Shown here: piece after piece, positions 26,735 through 36,040 of the stretch | How positions within the stretch are numbered: the stretch's first letter is position 1 | How the letters are laid out: every line of letters starts with the position of its first letter | Virus record (IMG/VR): IMGVR_UViG_3300021339_000006 | Location: 1-64,000 of that record | Direction: 5' to 3' (one strand) | From: a virus | DNA length: 64,000 nucleotides | Notes under the pieces: model-generated | Seen by the model: the letters and a program-made list of their open reading frames with translations, nothing else | Told to the model about the DNA's origin: nothing | The model's database searches: none | Translations under genes and position numbers: made by a program

Positions 26735-28194
26735 GGGCGCAATGGGACGGTTGGTTTCACTGTCGGGCGGCCGCGTTTTGTCTCACCGTTCTTTTCTCCC
26801 TCCTCCTCTTCATCCTCCTCCGGTTCCTCAAGAGCACGCTCCTCTTCCTCGAGTTGGACTTCCTCCATGCGTTCGCTGGCTGCATCAATGACAGCTTTGG
26901 CTTCATCGTCTTCCATTCCGAGGATCAGTGTGAGGTAATGGAACGGCGGGATCAAAAGATCGACGCCACCCATCGCATACTTTGCCAGCGCAGTAGTCTT
27001 CATCGACGCCACCTCTGCCTTCTCCTTGTCGCTGGGCGTATTGAGGTCGGGCCAGTGAACCTGAATCTCCTTGGGCTTGGACAGCGCGCCGAATGCAATC
27101 AGCCGTTCTACTGTTGGCAGGATTACAAAAGGCGTGACGTATTCCTTGCGCCTGCGCGTGAGGCGTTTGATCCAAGCGCGGGCGTCCTGTTCGGATGCTA
27201 GTTGCGCAGCTTCTGACCCGATAAAAACGCGCCATGGGACTCCTAGGGCGGCAGCAATCAGCTTTATTTGAACCTCTACATGCGAGCCAGGGTCGGCTAC
27301 TTGTGGCGTCAAGCTTTTTGCAGACATGCCCTGGAGCGCAATGTAACGCTGGAGCCCTTCCATGTAGGCTTCCAACTGTTTCTTTGTGCCCTCCTCGTCG
27401 ATCTCAACGTCCTCCCCAGGCAGCGTTTCCAAGGACAGTCCTGGGAAGCCTCCCTTCCAAAACATCTCGCCACTGCCACCTGAGATCTTCTTCAAGTCCA
27501 GCAGTCGATTGTAAACCTTCTCCATCCGAGGCAGCCCGTAAACATCACTGGACATTCGGTTGTCTGCGAGGTGGATGATGCGCGACCAGTGAACCTTGTT
27601 GGAAGCGACGGCATTGGCTGTTCCCTGCACGTCCTGAAACTGGATGTTGTAAAGGACTGGAAGACCGTAGCGCGGGTTGGAGGTGTTGGTTTCGAAGGCG
27701 TCAATGCGAACCACCTGTTCATCGAAAGGTCGCACGTAAAGCAGCTCAAGCTTGGCATTGGCGTTGGTGATGATGTCACCCTTCTCTGTGATCCCTGGCG
27801 CAGGTTCGCTCAACGCCTTGCCGTCACTCAAGCCCAACAGCACCACACCGAACCTGCCGATCCCACTGAGAGTGTCCGCGCGCTGCAAGACAGAGAACAG
27901 CCTGTGTTTCTTTTCCAGCTCAATGAACTCTTTCTCAAAAGGAGTTTCGGTTTGCTTCTCTGTCTCGAAGACTTCTGGATTCTCCGCCCACGTCTCCTCC
28001 GGCCACACAGAAACAACACGTGACGCAATGTCTCCGCGCAGGAACGCCTTCTTGCAATCCTCAGTGGTGACCTCAGATGGGTGCCCACATTCCTGGTCGA
28101 TGTCGCGCATACTGTCGAGCTGCCGGCGCAGCCACAATTGGCGTTCGAGGAGGATGTTTTGAACTATCGCGGCATTGACAGCGAGTTTACTCAT
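26731..28194 (-). CDS. portal protein (DUF1073 family)
   Basis: IGRFGV, PRYGLP..Y, VHWSRIIH, GVPWRVFIG, ASEQD...W motifs; 487 aa. Confidence 0.9.
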   Translation of the reverse strand: MSKLAVNAAIVQNILLERQLWLRRQLDSMRDIDQECGHPSEVTTEDCKKAFLRGDIASRVVSVWPEETWAENPEVFETEKQTETPFEKEFIELEKKHRLFSVLQRADTLSGIGRFGVVLLGLSDGKALSEPAPGITEKGDIITNANAKLELLYVRPFDEQVVRIDAFETNTSNPRYGLPVLYNIQFQDVQGTANAVASNKVHWSRIIHLADNRMSSDVYGLPRMEKVYNRLLDLKKISGGSGEMFWKGGFPGLSLETLPGEDVEIDEEGTKKQLEAYMEGLQRYIALQGMSAKSLTPQVADPGSHVEVQIKLIAAALGVPWRVFIGSEAAQLASEQDARAWIKRLTRRRKEYVTPFVILPTVERLIAFGALSKPKEIQVHWPDLNTPSDKEKAEVASMKTTALAKYAMGGVDLLIPPFHYLTLILGMEDDEAKAVIDAASERMEEVQLEEEERALEEPEEDEEEEGEKNGETKRGRPTVKPTVPLRP

Positions 28195-28200
28195 CGCGGA

Positions 28201-28228
28201 ACTGTAATTCCTGCCACCGCAGAAGCAA
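28201..28228 (-). promoter_or_regulatory. candidate sigma70-like promoter, probably leaderless portal mRNA
   Basis: TTGCTT-N16-TACAGT, 6 nt before the ATG. Confidence 0.4.
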
Positions 28229-28239
28229 ACGTTTTACAT

Positions 28240-28440
28240 TCACGTGGTCGAGAAACTCTTTTCCGCTGTGAGTTCGCAGACGAGGTGGGTGGTTTCCTTC
28301 AAGTCCTTCCATGTGACACCGTAGGTTGGTTGCTGCCCAGGGCGGACATAAATTCCAGTCACGATGCCCGCGCTTTCCGAGACCAGCTTGTGATACACAG
28401 TGCTCTCGAGTGGAAAGGCGATTTCAAGGACAAACTTCAT
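28240..28440 (-). CDS. small SH3-like hypothetical protein
   Basis: 66 aa; GIVTGI..RP...Y.V.W. Confidence 0.6.
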   Translation of the reverse strand: MKFVLEIAFPLESTVYHKLVSESAGIVTGIYVRPGQQPTYGVTWKDLKETTHLVCELTAEKSFSTT

Positions 28441-28817
28441 GCGCCGTTGGAGGTTGGTAGTTCGCTAGGAGCTTCTTCACTGTCACCAAACTCCTGCCAC
28501 ATCCAGCGCACCACGTAGTCCATCACGGAAGTAGCCATCGGGATGTCGGGATTCTTGGTAGGGCCGCGAGGATCGAACTGGGTATGGGAAAGCTTACGCA
28601 CAATGTCCGCCAAGGAAACGCCACGCTGGAGCGCCATGCTAATGAGGATGCCGATGCAGCCCCACGTTCCAGCGTCCGCAGACTTGCCCATGTTCACAAA
28701 CACCTCACCAGGCGAGCCGTCGTCAAACAAACCTACCCTGATGTAACCCTTCACCGGCCCAACTTTGAACTTGTGGACAATGGCTGCGCGCGTCTCTGAC
28801 AGTCGCCTACGTTCCAT
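28437..28817 (-). CDS. stand-alone TSCPD domain (class II RNR C-terminal-like)
   Basis: HKFKVG, GYI.VG.F.DG.PGEVF, ISMALQ.GV, F.P.G, ATSVMDY motifs. Confidence 0.85.
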   Translation of the reverse strand: MERRRLSETRAAIVHKFKVGPVKGYIRVGLFDDGSPGEVFVNMGKSADAGTWGCIGILISMALQRGVSLADIVRKLSHTQFDPRGPTKNPDIPMATSVMDYVVRWMWQEFGDSEEAPSELPTSNGA

Positions 28818-29238
28818 GCTTCTCTCCCACTGGACCGACGCGACGCGACGGAGGACCATCTACTTTCTTAATACCTGCATCATCCGCCAAGATGTTCTTC
28901 TCCAGTTCTCCAACCATGGGTGATTTGGTTCGCATGTCCAGCACGCGCAGGCGTCGCATTCCAGCAATGCGCAGCAGGATCAGGTAGCCAAGCAAGTCCA
29001 ACACAACGTCCTCACCGAACGCATTGGGACTGGATGCCATGCGACTCAGCTTGTCGTCGAGGCGCACCTTGATCTGTTCCGCAGCATCCGCTTTGGAGAA
29101 GATGCGAACGGGATTGAGGGCAGAGTCACCATACGCCCTGTTCTTCTGAATCAGGAGCGTTTGGATTTCATTGCAGACAGTTGCGATGTCTGCCTGAGTT
29201 TGGAGCAGCATCTCTTCTGTGGTTTCGTTGCTAATCAT
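28807..29238 (-). CDS. nucleotide-modification-associated domain 1 (DUF1599/Nmad1-like)
   Basis: KNRAYGDS, VRLDDKLSR, ED...DLLGYLIL motifs. Confidence 0.75.
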   Translation of the reverse strand: MISNETTEEMLLQTQADIATVCNEIQTLLIQKNRAYGDSALNPVRIFSKADAAEQIKVRLDDKLSRMASSPNAFGEDVVLDLLGYLILLRIAGMRRLRVLDMRTKSPMVGELEKNILADDAGIKKVDGPPSRRVGPVGEKHGT

Positions 29239-30161
29239 ACCTTTGAATACTTTGGAATCCACGCTCCTTCGGCCGTCTGGTCGAAGTCACACATCAAACG
29301 CGGCTCCTTCTCCACTAATATCTTCGCCACCTTGGAAAGCGCCACGGCGATTTCCTCCTCCGCTGCTGGGGACGTGCGCAGCGCAATGATGTGCCGCAGT
29401 GCGCGCAGGTTCAGCGACCAAACTCCGCCTGTCGCTACGCCCATTGGAATAATCCGGCGCAGGCAAGAGGTGAGCTGCTTCTTGAGATGGAAATTGTTGT
29501 TGGAATTGTCGATGTCCCACGTCTTCATCAAGTCAACATAGGCTTCCTGCGCAAACTGAAAGACACTGGCGAATACCTTCTGCGTATAACGCTTCTTGCT
29601 TGCGAGGTCATACAACTTCATCTGCGGAGATTTGCTAGGCTGCCCAGGAGGCACGTTCCACGGATCTAACTCCTCCAAAACTTCTCGCTCTTCCTTTGTC
29701 AATCGAATGGACGAGGGCATCCACCAAGGGATGTCTGTGAACCGAATGTATCTCATGGAACCCTCGCTGATCGCCACGCCCGCGCGATGCCTGTTCATCT
29801 CGCCAGTAAAGACTCGGCTGACTCCTTCGATGGCAAAGTTGTAGGTGGCGTGTTCGAGGACAGAACCATGACCGGACTTGAGGATGTTCTCAAAGTATTC
29901 GTGCCAGTCCTTGCGCACCTTGGTGACGTTTGGATTCAAGCCAGGCTCGAAACTCATGTAGCAGCGTTTGGCAGCGAGCCCAATGATGGATTCCGCACCA
30001 CTCAAAGGCTTGTGCTCACTCATGCTCCCAATGCCTTTGAAACAGCCATCTTGAGGCCAGGCGTATTTGGTAGCGCCTACATGATCCAACCACCTTCGAA
30101 TCTCAGCGTCATCCGCTTGCGTCGCACCAATACAAAAGACCTCAATTTCAACATTTCTCAT
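29235..30161 (-). CDS. thyX: FAD-dependent thymidylate synthase
   Basis: GHGSVLEH, GVSR...E..RHR, SEGSMRY, NLRALRH...R, A.EEI motifs. Confidence 0.95.
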   Translation of the reverse strand: MRNVEIEVFCIGATQADDAEIRRWLDHVGATKYAWPQDGCFKGIGSMSEHKPLSGAESIIGLAAKRCYMSFEPGLNPNVTKVRKDWHEYFENILKSGHGSVLEHATYNFAIEGVSRVFTGEMNRHRAGVAISEGSMRYIRFTDIPWWMPSSIRLTKEEREVLEELDPWNVPPGQPSKSPQMKLYDLASKKRYTQKVFASVFQFAQEAYVDLMKTWDIDNSNNNFHLKKQLTSCLRRIIPMGVATGGVWSLNLRALRHIIALRTSPAAEEEIAVALSKVAKILVEKEPRLMCDFDQTAEGAWIPKYSKV

Positions 30162-30170
30162 CGTGAACTA

Positions 30171-30338
30171 TTATCTGGGCAGGACTCGGCTGAATGCAGC
30201 TTCGTCACGGTTAGCAGGAATACGTTTGGATTTGACGGTGCGTGGCTTGGCAAACAGGTAACCACCAATGAAGCCGAGCACAAAGTTGACAGCCATGCAG
30301 ACAATCAACGTTCCAATGAATTGATCCAACGTCATCAT
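30171..30338 (-). CDS. small membrane protein (55 aa)
   Basis: Manually translated MMTLDQFIGTLIVCMAVNFVLGFIGGYLFAK... Confidence 0.6.
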   Translation of the reverse strand: MMTLDQFIGTLIVCMAVNFVLGFIGGYLFAKPRTVKSKRIPANRDEAAFSRVLPR

Positions 30339-30853
30339 AAAGAGCTTGGAGCTAGGTCTAGTTTGTCACCGACTTTGACAGGAAATTCCAACCGCCACTT
30401 CATCAATCCGCTCTTCACCGCACCGAACACCACAGGCATGTTGGTTTCGTCGATGGGAATAGGCTGGAGCGTTACAATCCAATTGGTGATGGTGTGGTTC
30501 GTGTTGTCAGGCACGCCATCCTCGCCTTTGCCGACCTGTAACACTGGACGCTCCTCTACCTTGAGCACTTGGAAGCGCGTTGTCCACGGCGCTGCTTTGT
30601 TACGCGCTTCCTGGGCAGCCTTGCGCATTTGCACCGACATAGGCGCAGCGGGTGGCATGATCGAAGCATGGTTCGTGTTGATAGTTGTGAGGTTGGTGGT
30701 GTGCATCACCTCCACCTTGGTCCCTGCAGGCGCAATGACGGTAATGGAATTGCCTAGCTGCGCCGCTGCTTTCTCGTTGCAGCTAAGGGCAAGTCCGAAA
30801 GCAAGCACCAGCGCCGCAGGAAAGAAATCCCAAAGTTTCTCAAGGTTTCTCAT
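30335..30853 (-). CDS. secreted or lipoprotein, Thr/Asn-rich
   Basis: Hydrophobic signal ending LALS-C; TN-rich segments. Confidence 0.6.
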   Translation of the reverse strand: MRNLEKLWDFFPAALVLAFGLALSCNEKAAAQLGNSITVIAPAGTKVEVMHTTNLTTINTNHASIMPPAAPMSVQMRKAAQEARNKAAPWTTRFQVLKVEERPVLQVGKGEDGVPDNTNHTITNWIVTLQPIPIDETNMPVVFGAVKSGLMKWRLEFPVKVGDKLDLAPSSL

Positions 30854-31028
30854 TTGCGCTTTCTGGGTTGGTAACAAACATGGGCGCCTTCTTTGCGCGC
30901 TCGTCCGTTACGTGAATTTGATTGTCGGTAGAGGCGCGCAGGATTGTGTCGCTGTCCACAGTCACCACAACCATTCCATCGGTTAGGATGACTTCGATTC
31001 GGTTCGCGTTGTGAATATCGGCTTTCAT
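30840..31028 (-). CDS. hypothetical protein
   Basis: ATGA-coupled ORF. Confidence 0.55.
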   Translation of the reverse strand: MKADIHNANRIEVILTDGMVVVTVDSDTILRASTDNQIHVTDERAKKAPMFVTNPESANEKP

Positions 31029-31219
31029 GGTTTCCTGTAGTGGCAAAACTTGAAGCTCTTCCCGCTCCCGCACGCGCAGGGTGAATAAAGCTTGATTTGC
31101 CTGTTGCTGGTTTCCTTGGCTGTCAAATCCCGTTTCACTGGAATGTAATCTTTGCGCTCCGCGCGAGGGAGCTTTTGAATTTCTTCCTCGTTAATGAGGA
31201 CGCCTGTTCTTGTGTTCAT
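31025..31219 (-). CDS. SEC-C motif protein
   Basis: C-terminal PCACGSGKSFKFCH. Confidence 0.85.
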   Translation of the reverse strand: MNTRTGVLINEEEIQKLPRAERKDYIPVKRDLTAKETSNRQIKLYSPCACGSGKSFKFCHYRKP

Positions 31220-31533
31220 GATTTCACTTTTGTTGGTTTGGGCAGTGGTTGCCAGTGTGTGGGCCGGACTGTAACGGATCGAGGTTCATAGCTAAGGCCG
31301 CTCCATCGTCCTCCGTGCTGTAATACAGCAACATATGCCGCCTCCCAATGAGGTTCACGGCTGCAAAGGTTTGGATCGTTCCCCTTCTCTAACGCATCCA
31401 TGATTTGGTTATTGTGAGCACAGTCTACCCACATGCCTTGGCACACCACGTTTTCCTCATCTGATCCAAAGGAAGGATAGCAAAGGAGAATCTGCTCGTC
31501 CATCGGTGCAGTGCTAATTGGGCGCCACCTCAT
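31216..31533 (-). CDS. DUF551-like protein
   Basis: WRPISTAP ... PTHWQPLP. Confidence 0.8.
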   Translation of the reverse strand: MRWRPISTAPMDEQILLCYPSFGSDEENVVCQGMWVDCAHNNQIMDALEKGNDPNLCSREPHWEAAYVAVLQHGGRWSGLSYEPRSVTVRPTHWQPLPKPTKVKS

Positions 31534-32174
31534 GGGATCGTGATGCGGTAAAACTTGTGCGGCCCTTCCATGTCCAGTGGATAGCTGTCCGCGTTGTTTG
31601 TGTAAAGGAACACCTGCATCACCGTTGTCCATTCGATGAGGTCAACAGAGGACAACAATGTGCCCATGCGCGCAGGCACAGGCAGCGGACCATAGTAGGC
31701 AGGAAACGCGTAAGGGTAGTTCACCTCATCAACAGGAATGTAATCCTTCACCAGTCCACGCTCCCAGCGCGTGCTGGCTGAGCCTAACCAAAGCGTAGGG
31801 AGCCCATCCTCGCGCAGGCAGTAGAGCAGCCTGGGCTTTGGAACGTCGGGCAGGGTTGTGGACTTAACATCGAAGGCTGGAGGGTAGTAGTCCCAAGGCA
31901 GGTTCGTGAAGTAAACGCGCTCAACTGTTACCAGCAGCGAGTCCAGCGCCACTCCCTCAGGCAGGTAGAAGGAAAGGTTGGTTTCGTTGTGGTCGCTGAA
32001 ACGCTTGTCCTGAATGCCGTCGAGGCGCTTCATTGCTTTTGCTGCGCGACATCCTGCGTAACCTAAACCGATTGCCACGATGGTGAGAACTGCTACTGCG
32101 CAGATGATGTTTGCGGCAGCTTGCCACCACGCGCAAAGCAGTGCGGCAACCGATAGGTTTGTCCTTGTGTTCAT
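31530..32174 (-). CDS. membrane-anchored exported protein
   Basis: N-terminal TM segment; C-terminal SSVDLIEW...KFYR motif. Confidence 0.65.
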   Translation of the reverse strand: MNTRTNLSVAALLCAWWQAAANIICAVAVLTIVAIGLGYAGCRAAKAMKRLDGIQDKRFSDHNETNLSFYLPEGVALDSLLVTVERVYFTNLPWDYYPPAFDVKSTTLPDVPKPRLLYCLREDGLPTLWLGSASTRWERGLVKDYIPVDEVNYPYAFPAYYGPLPVPARMGTLLSSVDLIEWTTVMQVFLYTNNADSYPLDMEGPHKFYRITIP

Positions 32175-32296
32175 TCGATCCTCCATGCCATCCACGCTCC
32201 GAGGCAAACGCAAGCCACCAACCAAAACCCGAGGAGGGCTTTGCGCTGGCGACTCAGTTGCCTGAGCTGGGTGACTGTTGTCCGTATTGTGTTCAC
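32171..32296 (-). CDS. small membrane protein (41 aa)
   Basis: GTG 6 nt after an AGATAAT box; C-terminal hydrophobic helix. Confidence 0.5.
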   Translation of the reverse strand: MNTIRTTVTQLRQLSRQRKALLGFWLVACVCLGAWMAWRIE

Positions 32297-32307
32297 AGCC
32301 CTATTAT

Positions 32308-32445
32308 CTAGGGCTTGGGCAAAGCCACTGCAACACAAAGCGCGAGGACAGCCACGCACAGTGTGGCAACCGGAGGAGTGATGGTGAGTAAAGCGAGGAT
32401 GGTGAGAATGGCTGCAATCACCACAAAGAGTCGTTTGGTCGTCAT
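32308..32445 (-). CDS. small hydrophobic protein (45 aa)
   Basis: Manually translated MTTKRLFVVIAAILTILALLTITPPVATLCVAVLALCVAVALPKP. Confidence 0.55.
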   Translation of the reverse strand: MTTKRLFVVIAAILTILALLTITPPVATLCVAVLALCVAVALPKP

Positions 32446-32463
32446 GCGTCCAACGTAGCACGC

Positions 32464-32679
32464 CTACCAAATCCCGTCTTTGTGTTCCTGCTTGAGCGCG
32501 TCCAGGTTGCGCCGAGTGTAATCTGCCACCACGTTCCCTGGTGCAAAGGAGGCACTGGGTTTGCGATCCCGCATTCCATTCACCCAAAGCCAATGGAAAT
32601 ACTGCGCGGGAACGTCCTGCATCCGAACGCCTTTGTGCAATCCGAATGGCATTGGATCAGTGTCCTCAAGTGGCTTCAT
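32464..32679 (-). CDS. DUF3820/QSregVF_b-like small protein
   Basis: MPFG.HKG..M.DVP..Y..WL. Confidence 0.85.
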   Translation of the reverse strand: MKPLEDTDPMPFGLHKGVRMQDVPAQYFHWLWVNGMRDRKPSASFAPGNVVADYTRRNLDALKQEHKDGIW

Positions 32680-32966
32680 TGAATGTAGGTGAGAGTCAGT
32701 CCGCCACTAAGGAGAATGCGCGCAACCACCACACGGTTGTCCGGAGCCACAAACCAAGTGATGGCATAGGTTCCGTTGTCCACCGTGTTTGCGTATCCGA
32801 TCGGACGGAACCCAGCGTCGGTTAATTGCACACGGACATCTCGAATGGTTTCTATCAGCTTTGCTTGGCGTTCCTCTGTGGCTTCGGTTTCTTCTGCCCT
32901 TGCCGCGGCTGCCTTCTCCTGTCGGTTGATCTTTCGATTCAACCACCAACGTGTAATTGGATTCAT
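32676..32966 (-). CDS. hypothetical protein
   Basis: ORF tightly packed with neighbours. Confidence 0.6.
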   Translation of the reverse strand: MNPITRWWLNRKINRQEKAAAARAEETEATEERQAKLIETIRDVRVQLTDAGFRPIGYANTVDNGTYAITWFVAPDNRVVVARILLSGGLTLTYIQ

Positions 32967-32967
32967 G

Positions 32968-33327
32968 TCAGCCTTTCCCAAGTGGTTCTTCCATGTCGTC
33001 ACTATCCTCACCTGGATCTTTGTAAGGTGGGCGCAGGAACGATCCACATTCAGCCATTGCAGCAACACCGACAGCCGTCACCTGCCGAATCTCGTCGAGA
33101 ACGTCAACATTGTTTCCATGCCCATTTACCCATGCTGCTTTGGCTTTGAGCAAGCACTGTTCCTGGATTAGAAGCCACTCACCGATTGTGTGCGTGTGGT
33201 TTGGATACTTGGCTTCCTGATACAGACGCTCCGACCAAATTGCGTCCACCACTTCGAGTGGGATCAGGCGTCGAATCTCCTCCGCTGTTCCCTTAGCCGT
33301 TTTCCTTGCTGTTGATTTCTTCTTCAT
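32968..33327 (-). CDS. MazG-like all-alpha NTP pyrophosphohydrolase
   Basis: ER.YQ..K, EW, EIRQVTAVGVAAM pattern. Confidence 0.6.
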   Translation of the reverse strand: MKKKSTARKTAKGTAEEIRRLIPLEVVDAIWSERLYQEAKYPNHTHTIGEWLLIQEQCLLKAKAAWVNGHGNNVDVLDEIRQVTAVGVAAMAECGSFLRPPYKDPGEDSDDMEEPLGKG

Positions 33328-33336
33328 AAATTGGAA

Positions 33337-33444
33337 GGCGGGCACCTCGGACTTGAACCAAGGAACAATGCGTCACCACAGAAGCCGCTCTCAGAGTCGC
33401 GTGCTAGGCAGCTACCTGCATCATCTGTTCCGTTACATGCCCAC
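33337..33444 (-). ncRNA. tRNA-like RNA (acceptor stem plus T-arm, no canonical D or anticodon arm)
   Basis: GUGGGCAU/GUGCCCGC stem; CUUGG-UUCAAGU-CCGAG T-arm; internal GAACA/UGUUC helix. Confidence 0.55.
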
Positions 33445-33456
33445 ATAAAACAAAAT

Positions 33457-33619
33457 GCCAGGCAAGCGACCGCCCCCACAGTCACGCGCAGTGTTTAGTA
33501 GGAACTGCGCGCTGCTTACCTGGCGAAATCAAATACTGGAAGGCTGATGGATCTGTTCTGGTGCTTTCTCGCGGCCGCCTAACAATTTCCATCCAGCGCA
33601 CACTGCCGTTGCCTTCCAG
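33457..33619 (-). ncRNA. two further structured RNA domains
   Basis: GCCAGGUAAGC/GCUUGCCUGGC closing two hairpins; CUGGAAGGC/GCCUUCCAG closing a second domain; G-U pairs favour the minus strand. Confidence 0.5.
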
Positions 33620-33755
33620 CAAGAACATTATCTCCGCTCCTTGCAAAGGCACTTCCTACAAATGCGTTTCTTTCTACTCGGGCTGTAGCACCAATCGTGA
33701 AACCCTAGTGCGCATTTGATGGCGTCAATCAAATCATCGAGGAACAGTGGACGCC

Positions 33756-36016
33756 TCATTTGAAGTGCTCCTCAAGGAAGATATCGGTCATGTCCACGCC
33801 TCTCGAGCATGAGAGGCTGGAGCTTTCGATCCCTGCGCGTGCCATGTCATACATCAGCGACATGATCGCAGCCAACGCACCTGCCCGTTGCACACTGTCC
33901 AGAGGCGCAAGCTCCGAGCCCATCCGTTTGATAATGACCGCCGCCATCTTCTGATTGCGGACGTCTTTGAAGAACTTGGGATGACGCAGGCGCAAATACT
34001 TCATTGCGTCTTCTGTTGTCCTCACGTTCTGGATGCGTGCCATGCCAGTAGCAGGCGCTCCCATCACAGGTGCGCGTGAGTTGGTTATTGATTTTCTCGT
34101 TGCCATTACCGTTTGCTTATTTCCTTTTCCTTCCGAATGCACCCTTGCGCAGCTTCTCCAAGTCCCGTGCGAAATCGAGGCACACCTTCCCATGCTTCTC
34201 TCCCAAACAGCGCGTTGCCTTTGATTTGAGAGCGTCAATGAGAACATCCAAGTCCTTCTTGTTCAACAAAATCGCCACAGTTCCTTCCTCTCCCAAGCGC
34301 GCAAGGAGTTTGCTCTCAATGACCTCACGATGGACGAGTTCTGTGCGTGTGACTGCCATTACCGTTTGCCCTTCGTCCCGCCTGCATCGAAGTAGGCTTT
34401 GCGCGCTTCCTGAGCGTATCCTTTGAACTCCTTAGCGAGGTGCCGGAACATCTGTGCCATCTCATCTCGATTGCTGATAAACTCACACGCTGCGCGATCC
34501 AGGAACTTTTGTGGGATCGCCTCCAAGGCCACTGCCTGCCCAAGCAAGTGTTCCTGTTCCACAAGCGCAGCAACGCCTGGACCTTGCTCTTCCAAGAGTG
34601 TCTCCAACCGTCCATGCAACTCTGTCCAGTTCTTTTTATCGTATTTGCGCTGCAATTTTGCGTCATCACAAACACGATTGAACAGTTCCATCGTAGGTGA
34701 CGACACGTTCCCTAGTGGAAACTTGGTGGTGATGTTTGGGAAGGTTTGCCTATGACTTGTGTCTCGAAATGTATCTGATTCAATATCACTCATGCTTTGT
34801 TATCTCCCTTCCAGCTCGTAGTCGTAGTGGGCTGTCAGTCCAACGCGCTCATCCACCCATCCACCTTCCTTCAACACTGTTTTCTTGGGCTTGCGCTTGG
34901 ACTCTTTCTCGTTCCGCACAAAGATGATTTTCTTCTTCCCACAGTCCCTGCATATGATGTGGTGGCTTGGATACAAGCTGCCGTCGCCGACTACTGAAGA
35001 ATCCCTCAACATTTTGATATTGGTGTGCTTGCATCCTTCCTGCAACGCGTCGATCTCGTTTTGATGGCGACGCTTCATGTCCAACAGCTTGCTCATCTGT
35101 AATCTCCGTTCCGTGTTGTGAGGTAATTCCAACCTTCCCACTTGTCTTCAAGCTCTTGTTCAGCTTCGGACACGTCCCCTGGTTTGCGCACGCCGCATTT
35201 CTCACACCAGGTTTTGCGGCCGGTTACGATTGGAGGATTTGTTCCACGCGTGCTTTCAAAGACCTTCCAAACGTGCTCACATGCTTCGCTCACTTGTCAC
35301 CTACTTTCGTGTAAAGCCAATATCCACCAGGGTAGATGGTCAGTATCTGAGTGGATGCAGGCTTTGTCACCTGCACCTCGATCCGTTCAGGACGTGCGTA
35401 GATTGCGTCCACCACAGCCTCGCGTGCCAGTGCGCTTGCATCAGCAGCAACGATCCTGTCGCCCTTCTTGAGTGTGTTGATGTTGAGCATATCAAAGCGC
35501 CTTGTCCGCAAAGTAGCGTTTCGACAGTGAGGAACGTTTAGCTGGTTTTCTCTTTGAGGGTGCAATGTGTTTCATCAAACGCTCTCGAACCGCTTTCTTT
35601 GCTTTGGGATTCTTGGTAGGTTTGCCGGGCATTACTTGAAATCCCACCTTATCCGATAGCTTTTCCAATGCTATCTCTTGCGCCTTCACCTTTGCCTGCA
35701 ATTCCTTGAACGCCTTCTCCATTGGTGAACTACCCTTACGCAACAGCGGCGCCTCGTCGTCCTGATCGTGTCCTCGATCCTCCTTGCGATTGCGCAGTTC
35801 TCGTTGGCGCGACCACGTCGTCACGTTGTTAAACACCAGTTGCGCATCCTCTACCATTACCAAAGCGCGCTCAATACAAGAGTTGAGCATTGCGAATTCA
35901 TCCTCTTCTTCCTCGTCGGCGTCCTTGAAAACGCCTACCATCATCCTGATCCCTTCCGCTCCAGATTCCAGCTTACTGCTTACGTCCTCAACTTCTTCTT
36001 CTGTTAGGATTTGCAT
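33756..36016 (-). CDS. cluster of seven hypothetical genes (33756-34106, 34117-34359, 34359-34793, 34800-35096, 35093-35293, 35290-35490, 35492-36016)
   Basis: Tightly tiled ORFs with coupled stops/starts; two carry CxH...CxxC Zn motifs. Confidence 0.6.
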
Positions 36017-36040
36017 ACAATTATAAAGATGTTGAGCATT

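Noticed and set aside
26731-28194. Anti-CBASS Acb1 label often attached to DUF1073
   Set aside because: No paired HxT phosphoesterase motifs; size and position indicate a portal.
33337-33444. Canonical tRNA, tRNA-Sec or tmRNA
   Set aside because: No D-stem, 7-nt anticodon loop, in-register CCA or tag ORF; kept only as tRNA-like.
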